NCBI GenBank assembly: GCA_019828565.1
Contig: JAHDYR010000062.1
Coordinates: 171,566-235,565 of the forward strand
DNA from: Carpediemonas membranifera BICM
Lineage: Eukaryota > Protista > Fornicata
Length of the DNA: 64,000 nt
Reading direction: 5' to 3'
Shown here: positions 21,601 through 34,932 of the stretch, piece by piece
Numbering within the stretch: position 1 is the first letter of the stretch
Layout of the letters: every line of letters begins with the position of its first letter
Position numbers and translations under genes: made by a program
Notes under the pieces: model-generated
Seen by the model: only the letters and a program-made list of their open reading frames with translations
Databases searched by the model: none
Told to the model about the DNA's origin: nothing

Positions 21601-24600
21601 TCGTCTGGATGCGACAGAGCAGGCGATTCCGGCCGAGCTCTGGATCTGAATAGTAGATGCATATGGTGCGTTTACTGACAGTGCGCTGCGTGCGTGCAGC
21701 GTGAGTGTGGGGTGTTCATTCAGAGTCGAGATGTGACTCGACTCCCCAGAATGGTGAGTCGGACGCGAACGGGCAGCGCGCTCCTGGAATCAGCAGAGCG
21801 ATACTCACTCCACGTAGTCCGGTAGCGCGCGGTCCGGCGCCCTCCGCCCGCCTCGATGCTCGGCCGACCCAACTCGACCCTCGTCTGGATGCGACAGAGC
21901 AGGCGACTCCGGCCGAGCTCTGGAGATGAATAGTAGATGCATATGGTGCGTTTACTGACAGTGCGCTGCGTGCGTGCAGCGTGAGTGTGGGGTGTTCATT
22001 CAGAGTCGAGATGTGACTCGACTCCCCAAAAACGATGAGTCGGACGCGAACGGGCAGCGCGCTCCTGGAATCAGCAGAGCGATACTCACTCCACGTAGTC
22101 CGGTAGCGCGCGGTCCGGCGCCCTCCGCCCGCCTCGATGCTCGGCCGACCCAACTCGACCCTCGTCTGGATGCGACAGAGCAGGCGACTCCAGCCGAGCT
22201 CTGGATCTGAATAGTAGATGCATATGGTGCGTTTACTGACAGTGCGCTGCGTGCGTGCAGCGTGAGTGTGGGGTGTTCATTCAGAGTCGAGATGTGACTC
22301 GACTCCCAGAACGATGAGTCGGACGCGAACGGGCAGCGCGCTCCTGGAATCAGCAGAGCGATACTCACTCCACGTAGTCCGGTAGCGCGCGGTCCGGCGC
22401 CCTCCGCCCGCCTCGATGCTCGGCCGACCCAACTCGACCCTCGTCTGGATGCGACAGAGCAGGCGATTCCGGCCGAGCTCTGGATCTGAATAGTAGATGC
22501 ATATGGTGCGTTTACTGACAGTGCGCTGCGTGCGTGCAGCGTGAGTGTGGGGTGTTCATTCAGAGTCGAGATGTGACTCGACTCCCCAAAATGGCGAGTC
22601 GGACGCGAACGGGCAGCGCGCTCCTGGAATCAGCAGAGCGATACTCACTCCACGTATTCCGGTAGCGCGCGGTCCGGCGCCCTCCGCCCGCCTCGATGCT
22701 CGGCCGACCCAACTCGACCCTCGTCTGGATGCGACAGAGCAGGCGACTCCGGCCGAGCTCTGGATCTGAATAGTAGATGCATACATGGTGCGTTTACTGA
22801 CAGTGCGCTGCGTGCGTGCAGCGTGAGTGTGGGGTGTTCATTCAGAGTCGAGATGTGACTCGACTCCCCAAAAACGATGAGTCGGACGCGAACGGGCAGC
22901 GCGCTCCTGGAATCAGCAGAGCGATACTCACTCCACGTATTCCGGTAGCGCGCGGTCCGGCGCCCTCCGCCCGCCTCGATGCTCGGCCGACCCAACTCGA
23001 CCCTCGTCTGGATGCGACAGAGCAGGCGACTCCAGCCGAGCTCTGGAGATGAATAGTAGATGCATATGGTGCGTTTACTGACAGTGCGCTGCGTGCGTGC
23101 AGCGTGAGTGTGGGGTGTTCATTCAGAGTCGAGATGTGACTCGACTCCCAAAAACGATGAGTCGGACGCGAACGGGCAGCGCGCTCCTGGAATCAGCAGA
23201 GCGATACTCACTCCACGTAGTCCGGTAGCGCGCGGTCCGGCGCCCTCCGCCCGCCTCGATGCTCGGCCGACCCAACTCGACCCTCGTCTGGATGCGACAG
23301 AGCAGGCGATTCCGGCCGAGCTCTGGATCTGAATAGTAGATGCATATGGTGCGTTTACTGACAGTGCGCTGCGTGCGTGCAGCGTGAGTGTGGGGTGTTC
23401 ATTCAGAGTCGAGATGTGACTCGACCCCCAAATGGCGAGTCGGACGCGAACGGGCAGCGCGCTCCTGGAATCAGCAGAGCGATACTCACTCCACGTATTC
23501 CGGTAGCGCGCGGTCCGGCGCCCTCCGCCCGCCTCGATGCTCGGCCGACCCAACTCGACCCTCGTCTGGATGCGACAGAGCAGGCGACTCCGGCCGAGCT
23601 CTGGATCTGAATAGTAGACATACATGGTGCGTTTACTGACAGTGCGCTGCGTGCGTGCAGCGTGAGTGTGGGTGTGTTCATTCAGAGTCGAGATGTGACT
23701 CGACCCCCAAATGGCGAGTCGGACGCGAGATCGGGCAGCGCGCTCCTGGAATCAGCAGAGCGATACTCACTCCACGTATTCCGGTAGCGCGCGGTCCGGC
23801 GCCCTCCGCCCGCCTCGATGCTCGGCCGACCCAACTCGACCCTCGTCTGGATGCGACAGAGCAGGCGACTCCAGCCGAGCTCTGGAGATGAATAGTAGAT
23901 GCATATGGTGCGTTTACTGACAGTGCGCTGCGTGCGTGCAGCGTGAGTGTGGGGTGTTCATTCAGAGTCGAGATGTGACTCGACTCCCAAAACGATGAGT
24001 CGGACGCGAACGGGCAGCGCGCTCCTGGAATCAGCAGAGCGATACTCACTCCACGTAGTCCGGTAGCGCGCGGTCCGGCGCCCTCCGCCCGCCTCGATGC
24101 TCGGCCGACCCAACTCGACCCTCGTCTGGATGCGACAGAGCAGGCGATTCCGGCCGAGCTCTGGATCTGAATAGTAGATGCATATGGTGCGTTTACTGAC
24201 AGTGCGCTGCGTGCGTGCAGCGTGAGTGTGGGGTGTTCATTCAGAGTCGAGATGTGACTCGACCCCCAAAATGGCGAGTCGGACGCGAACGGGCAGCGCG
24301 CTCCTGGAATCAGCAGAGCGATACTCACTCCACGTATTCCGGTAGCGCGCGGTCCGGCGCCCTCCGCCCGCCTCGATGCTCGGCCGACCCAACTCGACCC
24401 TCGTCTGGATGCGACAGAGCAGGCGACTCCGGCCGAGCTCTGGATCTGAATAGTAGACATACATGGTGCGTTTACTGACAGTGCGCTGCGTGCGTGCAGC
24501 GTGAGTGTGGGGTGTTCATTCAGAGTCGAGATGTGACTCGACCCCCAAATGGCGAGTCGGACGCGAACGGGCAGCGCGCTCCTGGAATCAGCAGAGCGAT

Positions 24601-26224
24601 ACTCACTCCACGTATTCCGGTAGCGCGCGGTCCGGCGCCCTCCGCCCGCCTCGATGCTCGGCCGACCCAACTCGACCCTCGTCTGGATGCGACAGAGCAG
24701 GCGATTCCGGCCGAGCTCTGGATCTGAATAGTAGACATACATGGTGCGTTTACTGACAGTGCGCTGCGTGCGTGCAGCGTGAGTGTGGGGTGTTCATTCA
24801 GAGTCGAGATGTGACTCAACCCCCAAATGGCGAGTCGGACGCGAACGGGCAGCGCGCTCCTGGAATCAGCAGAGCGATACTCACTCCACGTATTCCGGTA
24901 GCGCGCGGTCCGGCGCCCTCCGCCCGCCTCGATGCTCGGCCGACCCAACTCGACCCTCGTCTGGATGCGACAGAGCAGGCGATTCCGGCCGAGCTCTGGA
25001 TCTGAATAGTAGACATACATGGTGCGTTTACTGACAGTGCGCTGCGTGCGTGCAGCGTGAGTGTGGGGTGTTCATTCAGAGTCGAGATGTGACTCAACCC
25101 CCAAAATGGCGAGTCGGACGCGAACGGGCAGCGCGCTCCTGGAATCAGCAGAGCGATACTCACTCCACGTATTCCGGTAGCGCGCGGTCCGGCGCCCTCC
25201 GCCCGCCTCGATGCTCGGCCGACCCAACTCGACCCTCGTCTGGATGCGACAGAGCAGGCGACTCCGGCCGAGCTCTGGATCTGAATAGTAGACATACATG
25301 GTGCGTTTACTGACAGTGCGCTGCGTGCGTGCAGCGTGAGTGTGGGGTGTTCATTCAGAGTCGAGATGTGACTCGACCCCCAAATGGCGAGTCGGACGCG
25401 AACGGGCAGCGCGCTCCTGGAATCAGCAGAGCGATACTCACTCCACGTATTCCGGTAGCGCGCGGTCCGGCGCCCTCCGCCCGCCTCGATGCTCGGCCGA
25501 CCCAACTCGACCCTCGTCTGGATGCGACAGAGCAGGCGATTCCGGCCGAGCTCTGGATCTGAATAGTAGACATACATGGTGCGTTTACTGACAGTGCGCT
25601 GCGTGCGTGCAGCGTGAGTGTGGGGTGTTCATTCAGAGTCGAGATGTGACTCAACCCCCAAATGGCGAGTCGGACGCGAACGGGCAGCGCGCTCCTGGAA
25701 TCAGCAGAGCGATACTCACTCCACGTATTCCGGTAGCGCGCGGTCCGGCGCCCTCCGCCCGCCTCGATGCTCGGCCGACCCAACTCGACCCTCGTCTGGA
25801 TGCGACAGAGCAGGCGATTCCGGCCGAGCTCTGGATCTGAATAGTAGACATACATGGTGCGTTTACTGACAGTGCGCTGCGTGCGTGCAGCGTGAGTGTG
25901 GGGTGTTCATTCAGAGTCGAGATGTGACTCAACCCCCAAAATGGCGAGTCGGACGCGAACGGGCAGCGCGCTCCTGGAATCAGCAGAGCGATACTCACTC
26001 CACGTATTCCGGTAGCGCGCGGTCCGGCGCCCTCCGCCCGCCTCGATGCTCGGCCGACCCAACTCGACCCTCGTCTGGATGCGACAGAGCAGGCGACTCC
26101 GGCCGAGCTCTGGATCTGAATAGTAGACATACATGGTGCGTTTACTGACAGTGCGCTGCGTGCGTGCAGCGTGAGTGTGGGGTGTTCATTCAGAGTCGAG
26201 ATGTGACTCGACCCCCAAAATGGC
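18663..26224. repeat. Tandem array 2: 27 units of the ~279 bp repeat
   Basis: Unit starts at 18663, 18941 ... 25931; partial unit 26210-26224. Confidence 0.99.
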
Positions 26225-27132
26225 AAAGAAAGAAATTTATGGTGCTTGGATTCTGACCCCGGACTGAGCTTGTTTCCCGTTGTCTTGGAGCTGAGTGCCC
26301 CGGGGTACTGCCTATTTCCCGTGGCAAACTGGTCAGCAGCGTTTGCCTTGGGCTTTCGGTGCTACTGTCTCCGCGGAAAGCCGATTCCAATCGCCCCAGA
26401 GGCCCTGCGGCCATCTCCGTGCAAATATGCTTTCCTGTCTCCCCTGAAAGTCCGGCAACTATCCGGGGAGCCTGGGGGTCTGTCCTCGGGGCATTGACAG
26501 GCAGGATCGTCCTGCAGAACCTTGACTATGACACTCCTTGCTTCCCTGCAGTCCTTGTAGAGCCGTTCAGCCACGGCACCCTCTCGTCTGTCCGGTTCCC
26601 CAATTCCATGCCCCCTCGACTCTGTTAAGAAGCCTACCCGAAGGCGGGGAAAGTGACTAAGTCCATGCTGTCTACCCCGGTTAGGTGGCGTGGGTCAGGG
26701 CATGGTGGTGTACCCCCAGGCACTAGGCCTGGTTGTCCTGTTACCCCCTTACAACATTTCGCTTGCACTACATGTCCTTGGTTTCCCATGTCGTTAACAG
26801 GGCGGCAGGGGCACCTGTGCCCCTCCGACCCCCGTGGCCAGTCCCTGCAGTTTCCTTGGGGTCCCAACGAGTGGTGCAACCATATGAATATGGATTTCCT
26901 TGACCTTATCCTTGCTCTGTCCTTGTTGCATGTCCTTTCTTTCTTATTTCTGGTCTGTCCTTCCTGTTATTTCCTTTGCAGTCGTTCCTTCCCTTGCTTT
27001 GGTTCCTGGCTACCGGGATACGTGGGCCTTTCCTCACTGATCCCAGGAGCTTAGCACCCAGCGAGGGTGGTCCATGGCTGATTCCTTGTCCATCCCTTCC
27101 CGGTCCTGGAGTCAGGGGTTCATGACATGCTT

Positions 27133-30100
27133 CTATTCCACCTTGAAGCTGTTGTAAACCTTTGCCAGTTCCCTGTAGTCCTGCCGTGAGGCCTTCCCAA
27201 ATGTCCTCCGGAGCCCCATATTATTAGTTGCTGTAATTCTAGGATGGGTCTTTCCTGGTACCATTCGCCCTGGGGGCCCTGCCTTACTTCCAAGTCCTTA
27301 GTTTTGTGCTTCGCTGCTGTCCACAGCTTTGTCCAAGCTTCTCCCCTGTCTACTGCCGGGCATTCACAGATTATGTGCGCTGCCGATCCTAGCCTCTGGC
27401 CCTCTGCCCACTCCCCTGATCATTTCCCTGCTTCCTTGCTGGTCCTGGCTTTTTCCCTAATGATCCTGTAGAACAGGCTCACCTCCGACTCCTCCGAGCA
27501 TAGGGGGCATAGTCTGCTAATTTCTCTCTTCAGGTCAGCGCCTTGGGCCAGCTCTGTGATGGCTCTCATAGGGCCCTCCCTCTCTCTGCCGACGATGGGG
27601 ATGGGCTGACATTGGCTGCAATGGATACAATTCTCTTCCATTCCGCCCTGCTTTTGCCCCCTTCCCAGCCTTTCGGTCTACCGTAGGCTTACCTTGCAGA
27701 CACTTGCTTAATTTCCTTGTCCCCATGATTTCCATTAGTCCTAGTGCCGTACGGCTTTTGCACCGCTTCATCCACCCCCTCCCGATCGTTTCCATGCCAT
27801 AATCCAGTAGCGCTGGTTTAGGGGCTCCCTCTCTGGTGCCCTCCAGTAGATGCTGCACTCTCTCCCTAGCTTCCCACATAACCGTGCCCCCGCCCCCATT
27901 CTCTGTTTCTGACTGGTATATCCTGGTCCCTGTAGTTGACTATCCTTTTGACTGCCAGCCATTCCATGTGTGCCTGGAGGTCCACCCATCCATTCATCAG
28001 CCTCATGGCTGCGCCCCCTCCCGGTCCTGTTCCTGCCATGATTCCCTGCCAGTCATTCCAGATCCTTCTACCTCCCGGTGCGTTCCCCCACACCTCGACT
28101 CCGAAGAGGATCCTGGGCCATATATATATTTCCAGTAGTAGCCTGCTCGCTAGTGCTGGCATGTTTGCCCTGGTCCACCCTGCCCATCTCACCAGTCTCT
28201 TGTACCTTTCGCTCTGCTCCTGTTTCCGCCTTATGCAGGCCGACATAGGGTCCTTCCCACTTGCGATCCATAATCCCAGGTATCTCGCCTCCTTCTCTGG
28301 CAGTAGTGTTACCCCCTCGATCCTGACTAGGGCTGTTCTGTCCACGCTAATCATTACATTCTTCTGGGCGTTCACCCTCATTTCATGCTCTCTGATTATG
28401 TCCACCATTATGTTGGCGACCATCTGGCTATGCTCCGGTTTGCTCCCTGTGACCGCAGTGTCATCCACAAACATGGTAAGTGCTGCCGGTAGTCGGTCGC
28501 TGAGGTGGCTCGTGGTCCTTGGCGGTTCTCTGATGTCGTACCGTTCTCCCTTTGATTTTCTTTTCTGGCCAGGTGGGGCCAGTTAGCCATGAACAGCACA
28601 AACAGTGTCGGTGCCAGGACGCACCCTTGCTTAACTCCCCTGTTGGTTCTTTCCCATGCCTTTGCCCCCTTGACTGATATCCAGGTTTCCTTTTATTGTG
28701 CCTTGAATTGCCCTGATCAAGTGCTCCTCCACCCCCATACCCTGTAGCTTATCCATGAGAATGTCCCTTGGTACCGTGTCATATGCCTTCTCGATGTCCA
28801 GAAAGATTGACGTGGTCTCACCCCCCTCCCGGTGCCGCTGCACAATGTACTGTATCTGCTGGATGACGTCCCTGTCTGACTGGAAACCAGCCTGTTCTCT
28901 TGGTATGAACCTTTTCGTTGCTGCTTCCAGACGTATCTTGAGCAATCTACCATAGACCCTGTACAGCAGTGGTGTCAAGGATATTGGTCTATATGATTCC
29001 GGCTTGACCCTTGGCTTCCCTTGTCTTGTGTATGGCCGACACTGTGGCATACTTCCATGCTTTGGGTACGTCGCCCTCCCTGTAGACCCTGTTGATGAGC
29101 CTCGTCACTTCCCTAAGGCCTTTCTCATCCAGCTCTCTCAGCATGTCTCCAGATGTGAGGTCAGGCCCTGGTGCGGTGTCCCTCCCGATCCTTTTGATTG
29201 CGGCTTTGACCTCGCTTTCCTTGAACTCATTTCCGTCCCTGCCCCTCCATGTCTTCCAGGTGGGTTCCCTGCCTCTGCTGACTCTAGCATACTGTTGCAA
29301 GAGGATCTCGCTGATGGCCGCCTTGTCCGTGGTTATCACTCCGTCCTTGAGGAGGCTCTCCGGCATTCCCTTGTATTGGTTGTCACACCACCACCTTCTG
29401 ATGGCAGCTTCCACTGAGGCCCTTGAGGCCCTATACCCCCTTTTTTTGCACTTCTGCTGATGTCGGCCACCCATTTGGCCCTGCGCTCTCCCCAGTATTT
29501 CTCCAGCTCCTCTTTCATCCTTTCCCTTCCCGGTCCTGTTGCCTATTTCGTCCATGGGGTTCGCTGGAGTTCGCTCCACACCCGTTCCCGAACACTTTGT
29601 CCTTTTGCCTTTGCTCCCCTGTTGTTCACTGGGTCGCCCATGCATGCTCTTATAGTCTCTTCCCATTGGTCCGAGCTCTTGATCCTGTTCAGCTTTTGAG
29701 ACTGTGACTGGCCCCTCCTTCTTTTTCATGGGCCAGGTGTGCACCTCGGGTATGGCCAGAGCCACGTCTCGCTCACTTCGCCATAGTACCGTTGTTCCTT
29801 CCATGCTAGTGTGATTCCATTGTGTGCTGAGCCCCATACTCCCCGACCTTCTGAGACTCTACCACCTCAATCTCCGCCCCCTGGATTCCTGGTGTTGTCA
29901 CTGCAAAGTCCGGGGTTGATGTTCCTGATGTGAGCGTCCCAGACTTGGGTATGATGGCTTTGAGCCTGTGCTTCTCCATCATATCCTTCCACCGGGTGGA
30001 TCTTTCCATCTGGCCTGGGTCGATGTTCCAGTCTCCCATAATTATGGCCTCCATGCTCCCTTTCATGTCCATGATCTTCTGTATAGTGTCCCTGAATCCA

Positions 30101-30592
30101 TCCTTCTCCTGCTTGTTGTGGCTGGATGGAGGGCCATACACGTTGATGACTAGTATGTCCCTGCCGGTTCTCATTATGCTGGCTTGCACTCTTCCCGATA
30201 GGCTGTCCGTTATGCCGATGTCCCACTTTGCAGTTGCGTGGGCTCACTATCGTGCCGATGCTCTTCCCTTGTTCCTCTTCCATCTTGGCGCAGGTTCGTC
30301 ATTGCCTGCTATGCCTAGTTGTCGGTTGATGCGGTGCTGACTTTTGACATCCGCCTTTCGTTTTTCGTTGGCTAAGACCAGGTCCTCTTCCGTCTCCCTC
30401 CCTGCTAGTGCGTAGTCAAGGTCCATGAAGCAATGAACCCTCGTATTCGCCGTTCTCCATGTCTCTTGTATGAGTACTGCCTCTATGTCCTTCAACCTTA
30501 GCTGAATCGCCGCTGCCATAGACGCCGTGGAAGTCCTTTCCTCTTCCCATGTGTCCCTCTGTGTTCAGACTAAGTATCTTGTAGGTTACCAT
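27133..30592 (-). CDS. ORF2 copy C (APE-RT-ZnF)
   Basis: INVYGPP...IIMGDWN (ORF 29806-30189), YRPISL...QAGF...FLDIEKAYD (ORF 28631-29050), MFVDD...RYLG (ORF 27866-28474). Confidence 0.9.
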
Positions 30593-30918
30593 TGCCTTTG
30601 TCCTGTTTCCCCTTATCCCGCGAATTCCCAGAATTTGGGAGCCCCAGCTTCCCGCTCCTCTCCCGCTATCCTTGTCCTAACAAGGGGCCTAGATGCCGGT
30701 CTCGGTGACTCCCTTGTCAGGCCAACCTTGTTACCACCTGGTGACCTTCCATTCTTCGGGCAGGGTACTTAGGAGGGGGACGATATGACGTGACCCCCCT
30801 TTGGCTGCCGCTACAGCCTACCGGCAGTGCATTTCAGCTAATGCCGGGCCCTGGGTGGGAGCCAGGGCTTGTGAATTATAAAGAAAAATGTTGCTTGTTC
30901 CTTGAAAGAATACTGCTT

Positions 30919-33900
30919 TTACCATGTCCTTACTCCTCCTCCGTGGACTCCCCACTGCCGCTGCAGCTGTCCTCGGCCCGACTCCACTTGCTGTCCTTGT
31001 AGACTCTGCATTACCGTGATGAACTGGGTCATCAGGTCCATGGGTGAGATCTGCTTGGCCTTCTTAGCCTTCTTGTGCTTGTGCTGGGGGATCGTGGGCT
31101 TCTCCTTGCTGGGCTTAGTCGCGACGCCGGAGAGCACCAACCTTCCGTGGCCTTGCTCTTGCATGAGTCGGGCAGCCTTGAGCGCTGAGATCTCTTTGTT
31201 GCGCCTCTGCCAACTGCTTTCGGAGCCGCAGCTTCTCCGAGTCCATGCCGGTTGCCTGTCTGCTTCCAGACTCCCAGTCCATGTCCTCTTCGTGCCTGCT
31301 TCTCTTCCGCCGTCCGGAGTCCATGATCCTACTCGTGCTGCCCTCCTTGCGCTTGAGCGTCGTGGAGGAAGAGTGATCCTTGCTGTTGTCCATGCCTCCC
31401 TCTGAGCCTCTACCGGCCCAGGTGTTCCCGCTGAACGAGCCTCTCATCTGCGTTCCCGTGTTGTCCTGTCTCTCCCTGTCGTCTCCTCCGTGGTTACGAT
31501 CCGAGGTCCTGTTCATGTTACCAGCTCTGTCGCCGGTTCTGTCGTCAGCTCTGACACCAGCTCTACCGCCGGCTCCGTGTCCTACCCTTCTGTCCTCTTC
31601 CCCGTCTCCATGCTGGTCGTGATGTCCTTGATCCGCGTCCTGGCCGAAGTGCCTGCCCACCATCCTGGTGCTAATCCGCCTCGCCTTTTCCCCTCCAGGC
31701 CGTTGTCGAAGAACCTACTTTGGTATGGCTGTTCGGACTTTCCGTCGATGGTGGGGACATACGTGATGCCTGGGACATTGACTGTGTTGGCTCTGGGCTC
31801 GTCCGGGATAGTTGCCGAGACTAGTCTGGCCCCTTCCTTGCGCATGCGGCTTAGGATGGTCCCAGCCTCGCTGACTCCTGACCATGCCCCCAGTCTCTCG
31901 GGATGAAGCTCGCCCCTAGGGTGATCCTACCCCTGTTCCTGGGGGCCTTGACGTTGACTATGACCTTCTCATAGTCCCTGAGGCTCTCTGCTAGGTCGTC
32001 GCAGCCCCAGACTCCTTTGATGAGCCGTAGCTCTCCTTCGAGGGCCACCACTCGTATAGCATGGCCATGGTTATGATGTTCCTCTCCCTTGCTGCCCCTA
32101 GGCCCTTCCTGACGCGTACCATGCGGAGCTGGTTAGCCGTGGCTCTTTCCATGATGGTCCATAGCGGGCTTCTCTCCAGTACACCTTCGTTGTCCATGAT
32201 TGTGAGGGGGGCCAGTAAGATGCCCTTCATGCCCAACAGAACCTCCCCGAACCCGAAGCCGATGCCGAAGCGGTGTCCGTTGTCCGGGACTACGAGGATC
32301 CTGTCGCCGACTTCCCCTGCTGACGTCCCTTGCGTCCCCCGGATCGGGTACGTGCCGAAGATCTCAAAGGTGTTCCTCCTTGTCGCGAATTCCGGGCCTC
32401 CCATGATATCCATGCCTCGGCTCCGCCTTCCCGACTGCTTCCATGGTCTTGTCGAGTGCCTTACCCATGTAGTGGTAGACGTCTGGGGTGCTCATCCTCT
32501 CCTTGCATAGGGCCCCTGATCCTGGCTGTGAAGACTACTGTATCCGCCAACCCACAGTGGTAGCAACCCGCGGTGTGTCTGTGGTACGGACAGACTCCCT
32601 TGGGCTCGCTCCTGTTCTGCCATCCATTTGACCATGTTGTTACTGCTTCCAGGTAGTTGGCCTTGTCGAGGTTGTCCCTGAGGTTTTGGCCAGCCTCCTC
32701 CTTGCCGTTGTTCTCCAGGATCTCTGGTAGCTTCTTCTCGTCCACCAGCCTAGCTTGGAAGAATTCCCCGGTTCCTTGCTCCAGTCCATTTGTGGGGTTC
32801 GTGAGGAGGAAGCTTTCCATCTCCACCCCCTTTGCATACATGATTATCTTCCAACCCTCCGACCTTTCGATCCTTGCCAGCTGAGCCGCCAGGCGGTTGG
32901 CCCAGTCCCTGAAAGTATGTATGTGCTTCTCATACTCGATCGGCGGCCGCCCCGTCCCGACCTCCACGAAGGTGGCCGGCGGCAGCCCCGTCACTGCCCA
33001 TGCCGTGTACCTCGCTTGGTCCATGCTTGCTGCCGGTATGTCCTGGTAATACAGGCCATGCCCGTGTCCAAGAATGTCCCCAGTGCTGAGGTCAAAGAGT
33101 ACGATCCCGCCCTCAACCGGGATGGCAGGGATCCCTGCCTTCTTGACGCCAGGGTCTGCGCACTCGAAGTCGATGGCTCCGGATCACCAGTCGTTTCTCC
33201 TTGTCCTTTCTAGGCATCCTCGGCGGCTGGCTGCTGACCTTGTTTGAGTCGACCTCCCTCGTCCTGGTCGATCTTGCCTTGGTTGGCCCCGACCATGTCC
33301 TTGTTCACTTCCAGGAGGCTGTCGTCGAGGCTTCTTCTGCCGGGCATGGTGGCTCGCTGGCGTCGTTCCTCCTTGTCCTTGACATGTTGCTCCTCGTCTC
33401 CGTCGATGACCGTGCTAGCGGACGACCTGTCCAGATCGGCATGTTCGTCCCTATTGCTGCGGACCGAGGTGGCCTTTGAGCACTTCCAGCCTCACCTTCC
33501 GGAACGGCGGCTCGTTGCTAAGGGGGGCCCCCTCCCCTTCGCCCAGGATATTGGTTCTGCCCTTCAGGTAGATCCCTGACTTGTTCCATGCTGCCTGCCA
33601 TATGGCCGGGGCCTCCGGTGCCTGAAGCCTGAGGGATGTCCCTAGCCTCCTCCATGAAGCGGCTGATGGACCATGCTGACGTGTCGCTTAGCTCTAGGGA
33701 TGACCCTGTACTTGCCGTCCTCTTGCTCGTAGGCCACTCTGGTGACCGGGCCTTGGTTTGCCGGATCCCATACCTTGTCGTAAGGCACGCCTTCTACGGC
33801 CTCGTCTCCATGAGCCCCCTGATACCAGTATGAACGACCCTTCGGCCTTCTTTGACGCTGTCCCTGTCTACATCCCATTCGATGGGCCCATCTTCCTTCG

Positions 33901-34818
33901 GCTTGAGGATCGCCGTCTCGATGTCCTTCTCAGATGGCCATCTTGCCATGCCAGTGAAGCCCGCTTTCAGCGTCTTGGGCTCCAGTGCCTGTGCCATGTC
34001 CTTTGCTTCCTCGTCTCTGGGGGTTGAGCGCCTCTGTGAGCATGTAGAAAAGGTCGCGGAGGCCGTGGATGCCGCATGGGTTCCTGAGGATGATGTCCTT
34101 GTTGTCAGTGACGCCGGTTGCGAAGAGGATGCGTCTGGCGTTCATGATTACTTCCTTGCGTCCTTTGGAGTTCGCATTGAGCGACTTTCCTGTAAACTTG
34201 CCTGTTCTACGAAGAAGTAGAGTCCTTGAATCGTTCCTTTCAGCGAGGAAGCTGTCCAGTAGTTCCCTGATGTCCTCCCCACTGCTTCTGCGTGGAATCC
34301 CTGATCCTTGTCGGTATTTCTACCTGCATTGTTGAGTGCAAAATTTCTCCCCTTTCCCAGTCCATAAACTGGGTCGGAATTTTTGGGTCCGAAAGTCGGG
34401 CCACATGTACATATCCGGGTGAGGTCTCCGTCCAGGCCTTCCAGTTTCTCCCATTGTCCATGCTCCGTACTATATAGGCCATTCTTTCAAAAAGGCGCGG
34501 TCCTAAAAATGCGTCGCCCTTTTCTGAGTAGCGGGGCCTTTCTGTGTAGTTGTTGTTGCTTTGTTCGTAGTCTCCTTTTTAGCCTCTATCGACGGCCCCT
34601 GTTTCCCTTTTTGTGCTGCCCCTTCCTTCCTTGTGGTCTTGACAAAAACCATGTAGCCGCCGGTGCTAGCACTGGCCCTCGACGGTTGTTTTCCTTTCCT
34701 TGTAAAACATACGTTCCATGAAGACACTTTGATTCCCTTGGTATGGGCGTGGAGCTCCCACTCGCGCCCAGCGGTATGCCCCTGATAGCAACCCTTGAAT
34801 GTTCAGACAGGAGGCCAA
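30919..34818 (-). CDS. ORF1 copy C with DEDDh/ECHC domain
   Basis: ORF 32461-33024 carries the C-terminal two-thirds of the exonuclease uninterrupted (MDQARYTAWAVTGLPP...YAKGVEME...CPYH...HCGLAD); IDFEC at 33160-33174. Confidence 0.75.
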
Positions 34819-34932
34819 GGCCGCTCCTTCTGAGCTCCATGGGGCACTGCCCTATCCATATAGGCCAGGCCTGTTGGTCCTTGTCCATCCATGATCGAAG
34901 TGTTTCCACTTTGCTGAAATCATTGGTGAACT

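Larger units (their letters stand above)
26225..34932 (-). mobile_element. Full-length retrotransposon copy C
   Basis: Same termini, TSD and ORF content as copy B. Confidence 0.95.
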